From: Ranitomeya imitator
Taxonomy: Eukaryota
Length of the DNA: 64,000 bases
Assembly: GCF_032444005.1 (NCBI RefSeq)
Contig: NC_091283.1
Coordinates: 322,338,001-322,402,000 of the forward strand
Direction: 5' to 3'
This document shows positions 60,494 through 64,000 of the stretch, one piece after another. A program made the position numbers and the translations under genes. The notes beneath the pieces are model-generated. The model saw nothing but the letters and a program-made list of their open reading frames with translations, had not been told where the DNA came from and did no database searches. The stretch's first letter is position 1, and every line of letters begins with the position of its first letter.

Positions 60494-61683
60494 TTATGAA
60501 CATGAAAAAGACTTCTCCCCTGTGTGCGTTTTTTGGTGTATAACAAAATTACATTTCTTTTTAAAACATTTCCCACATTCTGGGCAGGAAAAAGGCTTCT
60601 CTTCTGTGTGACTTCTCTTGTGGTTAAACAAAGCTGATTTCTCATTAAAACATTTGCCACATTCTGAACATGAAAAAGGTTTCACCCCTGTGTGGGTTCT
60701 CTGGTGCTTAACCAAAGCCGATTTCTGTTTAAAACATTTCTCACATTCTGCACAAGAAAAAGGTTTCACCCCTGTGTGAGTTCTCTGGTGTGCAACCAAA
60801 GCTGATTTCTGTATAAAACATTTCCCACATTCTGAACAGGAAAAATGCTTCTCCCCTGTGTGGGTTCTTTGGTGCTTAACCAAAACTGATTTCTCATTAA
60901 AACATTTGCCACATTCTGAACATGAAAAAGGTTTCAACCCTGTGTGGGTTCTCTGGTGTATAACAAGCTTGTCTTTCCGGTTAAAACATTTCCCACATTC
61001 TGAACAGGAAAAAGGCTTCTCCCCTGTGTGGGTTCTCTGGTGCTTAACCAAAGCTGATTTCTCATTAAAACATTTGCCACATTCTAAACATGAAAAAGGT
61101 TTCACCCCTGTGTGGGTTCTGTGGTGCGTAACCAAAGCCGATATCTGATTAAAACATTTTCCACATTCTGAACAGGAAAAAGGCTTCTCCCCTGAGTGGG
61201 TTCTCTGGTGCTTAACCAAATCTGATTTATCATTAAAACACTTCCCACATTCTGAACAGGAAAAAGGCTTCTCCCCTGTGTGTCTTCTTTGGTGTCTAAC
61301 AAGATAAGATTTATGTTTAAAGCATTTTCCACACTTGGAACAAGAAAATCTTTTCTCCACTGTGTGAATTTTTGGATGTTTAAGAAAAGACTTTTCGATG
61401 GGAAAACTGTTTCCATATTCTGGACATGAAAATGGCTTCTTTGATTTAGAAGTATTTCCGTTTTTAATGTTTATTTTGTGACCCTGATTTTCCTTAGTTG
61501 TCGCCAATGAATCAGAAGACAGGACCTGTTTCAAAGGATCAGTTGATAGGTCTTTGCTGTGAAGGGATGATGGTATAGCTGGAGTAATGGCATTCACTTC
61601 AATTGTATCCAGTGGGATCTCAATATCATCCGATCTAAAAATTAAAGATGTCAGCTGTTTCTCTGATCTCCCGATACAGTCAT
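60494..61683 (-). CDS. Terminal exon of a C2H2 zinc-finger gene (amphibian oocyte/gastrula ZNF type); upstream exons lie beyond the window
   Basis: Acceptor TTGGCAG|ATGACTG at 61684/61683; spacer domain, one degenerate and 10 intact CxxC-x12-HxxxH fingers with TGEKPF linkers; TAA at 60494-60496. Confidence 0.93.
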
Positions 61684-64000
61684 CTGCCAAGATATAAAAC
61701 AGTTTTTTTTAATAAAATATCTTGAATGTCATTTACCATTTCTACTTCAACTGTCTGTAAAAATAGGAAGTTATGTAAAAACATTGAATTCTTCACCAAG
61801 ACAATGACAGCTCACAGTCTAATAGAAAATCTCATAGGATGAACCAGTGGAGTGTGGTGTTCAACTGTTTGTTCATTCTGTCTCCCAAATATGAAACAAA
61901 AGCCACACAGAAACATTATGTTGATGAACCTAATACCAATAAAAACTTCTATTCATCTAACAAAAAACAAGTCCCCACTTAGGTCCATAATCTGTCAGTG
62001 GAAAAACAGGAGGTTTCCATATTATTAGTGGCTCAAAGGCTCTTGAAAATTAACATGGCTTCCATTAACCAATCCAGCAATAACCACTCTCCCAAAGTCA
62101 AATTTACCCCTCGCCTCTGAGCCTTTCAGTATGCCCAAACCACATGTATTTGGCATTACTCTAGTGAGAACCCACTTAAATTACGGTGTGTGTGACTCCT
62201 GGAGCACAATCAGTGCACTATGAGTTGAGTAATAAAATGGCATATTTGTCATTTGTTTTCTCCTACATCCACTGTGTGCTAATTTCCGGAAATTGCCTAT
62301 GGAATCAAAAATTGCAACTATTCCAATAGATTATAATTTCCAAAATGGAGTCATTTTATGGGGATTCCTACATCTGATTTTCTGAAATTTTGTCATATTA
62401 GGGTTTCTGCAGATGGTGTGTCACATCTCTTCTAGGATCTTCCCCTATGATGTCAGCAGGCATGTCCTTATTCATATGGCTGGCCAGGCTAGAAACGGAG
62501 TAGACGTTGGTACCAGAAGCTCTGGACGACATAGGCTCGATTCAGCCACTAAGATTAGGGTGCCTGGGACAAGTAGTACCTTCCAGTCTGGCAGTATGGG
62601 TGTATGTGTTGTCCAGCTGAAGTAATCTGCTCCCATATATAGCCAATTGAATAGCACCATATTCTACAAAAGCTGGAAGCATATTGAAGGAAGCTGCCAG
62701 ATACAGCCTTGTTCTTCTCTGGTTCGGTCCTCTATGTTCAGTTCACGGCTTGTGTATTTGTTTCCTGTTGTGATCCCGGCCTGTTTGCCGACTACTCTTA
62801 TGTCTTCTGATTTTGTATTTTCTCTGCCTTACAGGTTCTGACCCGGCTACCTGAGTATTGTTCTTCCCATTTCACACCACCGAACAGCAGGCAACACTGT
62901 TGGCCAAGCCAGGTGGGTCTCTATGTAAGTCCAGATCCATGTAGAGGTGTTAAAGGGTAATGAGCAAGACAATCCCTGGGATCAGGAAGATGGAGTAGAT
63001 AGCGCCAAGCCTGTTCGTGGTGGCCATCTTTTGAGCTGATAGGTGGCCACAAACACTGCTCCTAATACTTTGTGTCTGCAAGCTATTCCAGCAAGATCTG
63101 GATTCAAATAGCTAAATGGCGCTCTTTCCCTTCTCAACCCTGAAATGTGCCCAGACAGTAATGTACAACCATATATAGGGAATTGTTGGATACAAGAGAA
63201 GATGTAAAATAATGTGTGAGGTCTATCTGTTTGATATTACCATTTGTGAAAGTGAAAAAAATTGGGCTTATATTTTCTGAAGAATTCTAAAATTATCACC
63301 ACATGAAGTGACACACGTTAGATTTGAAAAATGGACCCTGATTCGGAACATAAAACTGGCTGCAGGAACTGGTTACCAGAGTATTTTGGGAACTAACTAC
63401 TGTAGTCAAAATCTGTGACTATAGACAATAACACATCTACTGAAATGATCAAACTCAACAAACTTCATTAGTAAACAATGAGTGATCAGAGGTGAAACCT
63501 CTCTGGAGCAGTTACAGTATGGGGATTGGTCGTTCTTGGCAATCTAAATTATCATAATTTTCTGTCAGATGAGTTTCAAGAAAAAAGATAGATATTAGAT
63601 AGTCAAAGATAAGAGAAGAGAAAGTATTAGTGCTCCCCATTTCAGGAGAGATTGTGCAGTAATCTCATTTCTTTTGGATTGAAAACTAATTGAAATTTAT
63701 GACGTGAAGTGAATCCATGAAACCAAGGCTCGAGCCATGCCATCATCTTCTGCAGGCATAAATAAATGTATTCTACAGCCATCAGCCATGCACAGCTTAG
63801 AGATATATCATGGGACAGGTGTAATATTTTGTGTGCTGTTTATCATAATCCTCCTTGAAGTTAGTTGGATTTAAAGAAATTGAAAAGTCATGATAAAGGG
63901 AAACTCTGCTGTTATTGTACAGAAATTCACACTTGGCCTCACTGCACATTTAATGTTGTTGATCATAAAAGCAAAGTTTGGCCAGAAAAACAGGACCTGG

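Noticed and set aside
61684-64000. KRAB-like or other upstream ZNF exons
   Set aside because: No VYFSMEEWEYL-type or linker exon found by eye; the region appears intronic with decayed repeats (possible Gypsy RNase H/LTR traces at 62400-63000, too weak to call).

Overview
Eukaryotic, repeat-dense window, most likely from an anuran (frog) C2H2 zinc-finger cluster; the taxon is inferred from the ZNF exon style and the TE families. Positions 1-21.1 kb are a macro-repeat: three arrays of a 55-bp C-rich minisatellite, each followed by a near-identical 2.0-2.4 kb spacer carrying a Penelope RT relic. The long minus-strand ORFs there are artefacts of the stop-free repeat. Positions 21-60 kb are nested mobile DNA: an L2 LINE split by a Helitron and a CR1, three young CR1 copies, TTAA-, TA- and TAA-flanked MITEs, Penelope ends with hammerhead ribozyme motifs, Gypsy remnants, a Tc1 end and an L1 ORF1 relic. 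A very young 7.5-kb epsilon-like endogenous retrovirus (LTRs differ at 1 of 375 nt, ATAA TSD) sits inside a Gypsy RT; its Gag carries a RanBP2-type zinc finger and is separated from pol by a single in-frame UGA. At 48.7-49.9 kb is an intronless, decayed gene fusing a long coiled coil to an FXR1/FMR1-like KH0-KH2-NES module that lacks KH1 and the GxxG loop. The only clear host CDS is the terminal exon of a minus-strand C2H2 ZNF gene (10 intact fingers) at 60.5-61.7 kb. All comparisons were made by eye; no searches were run.
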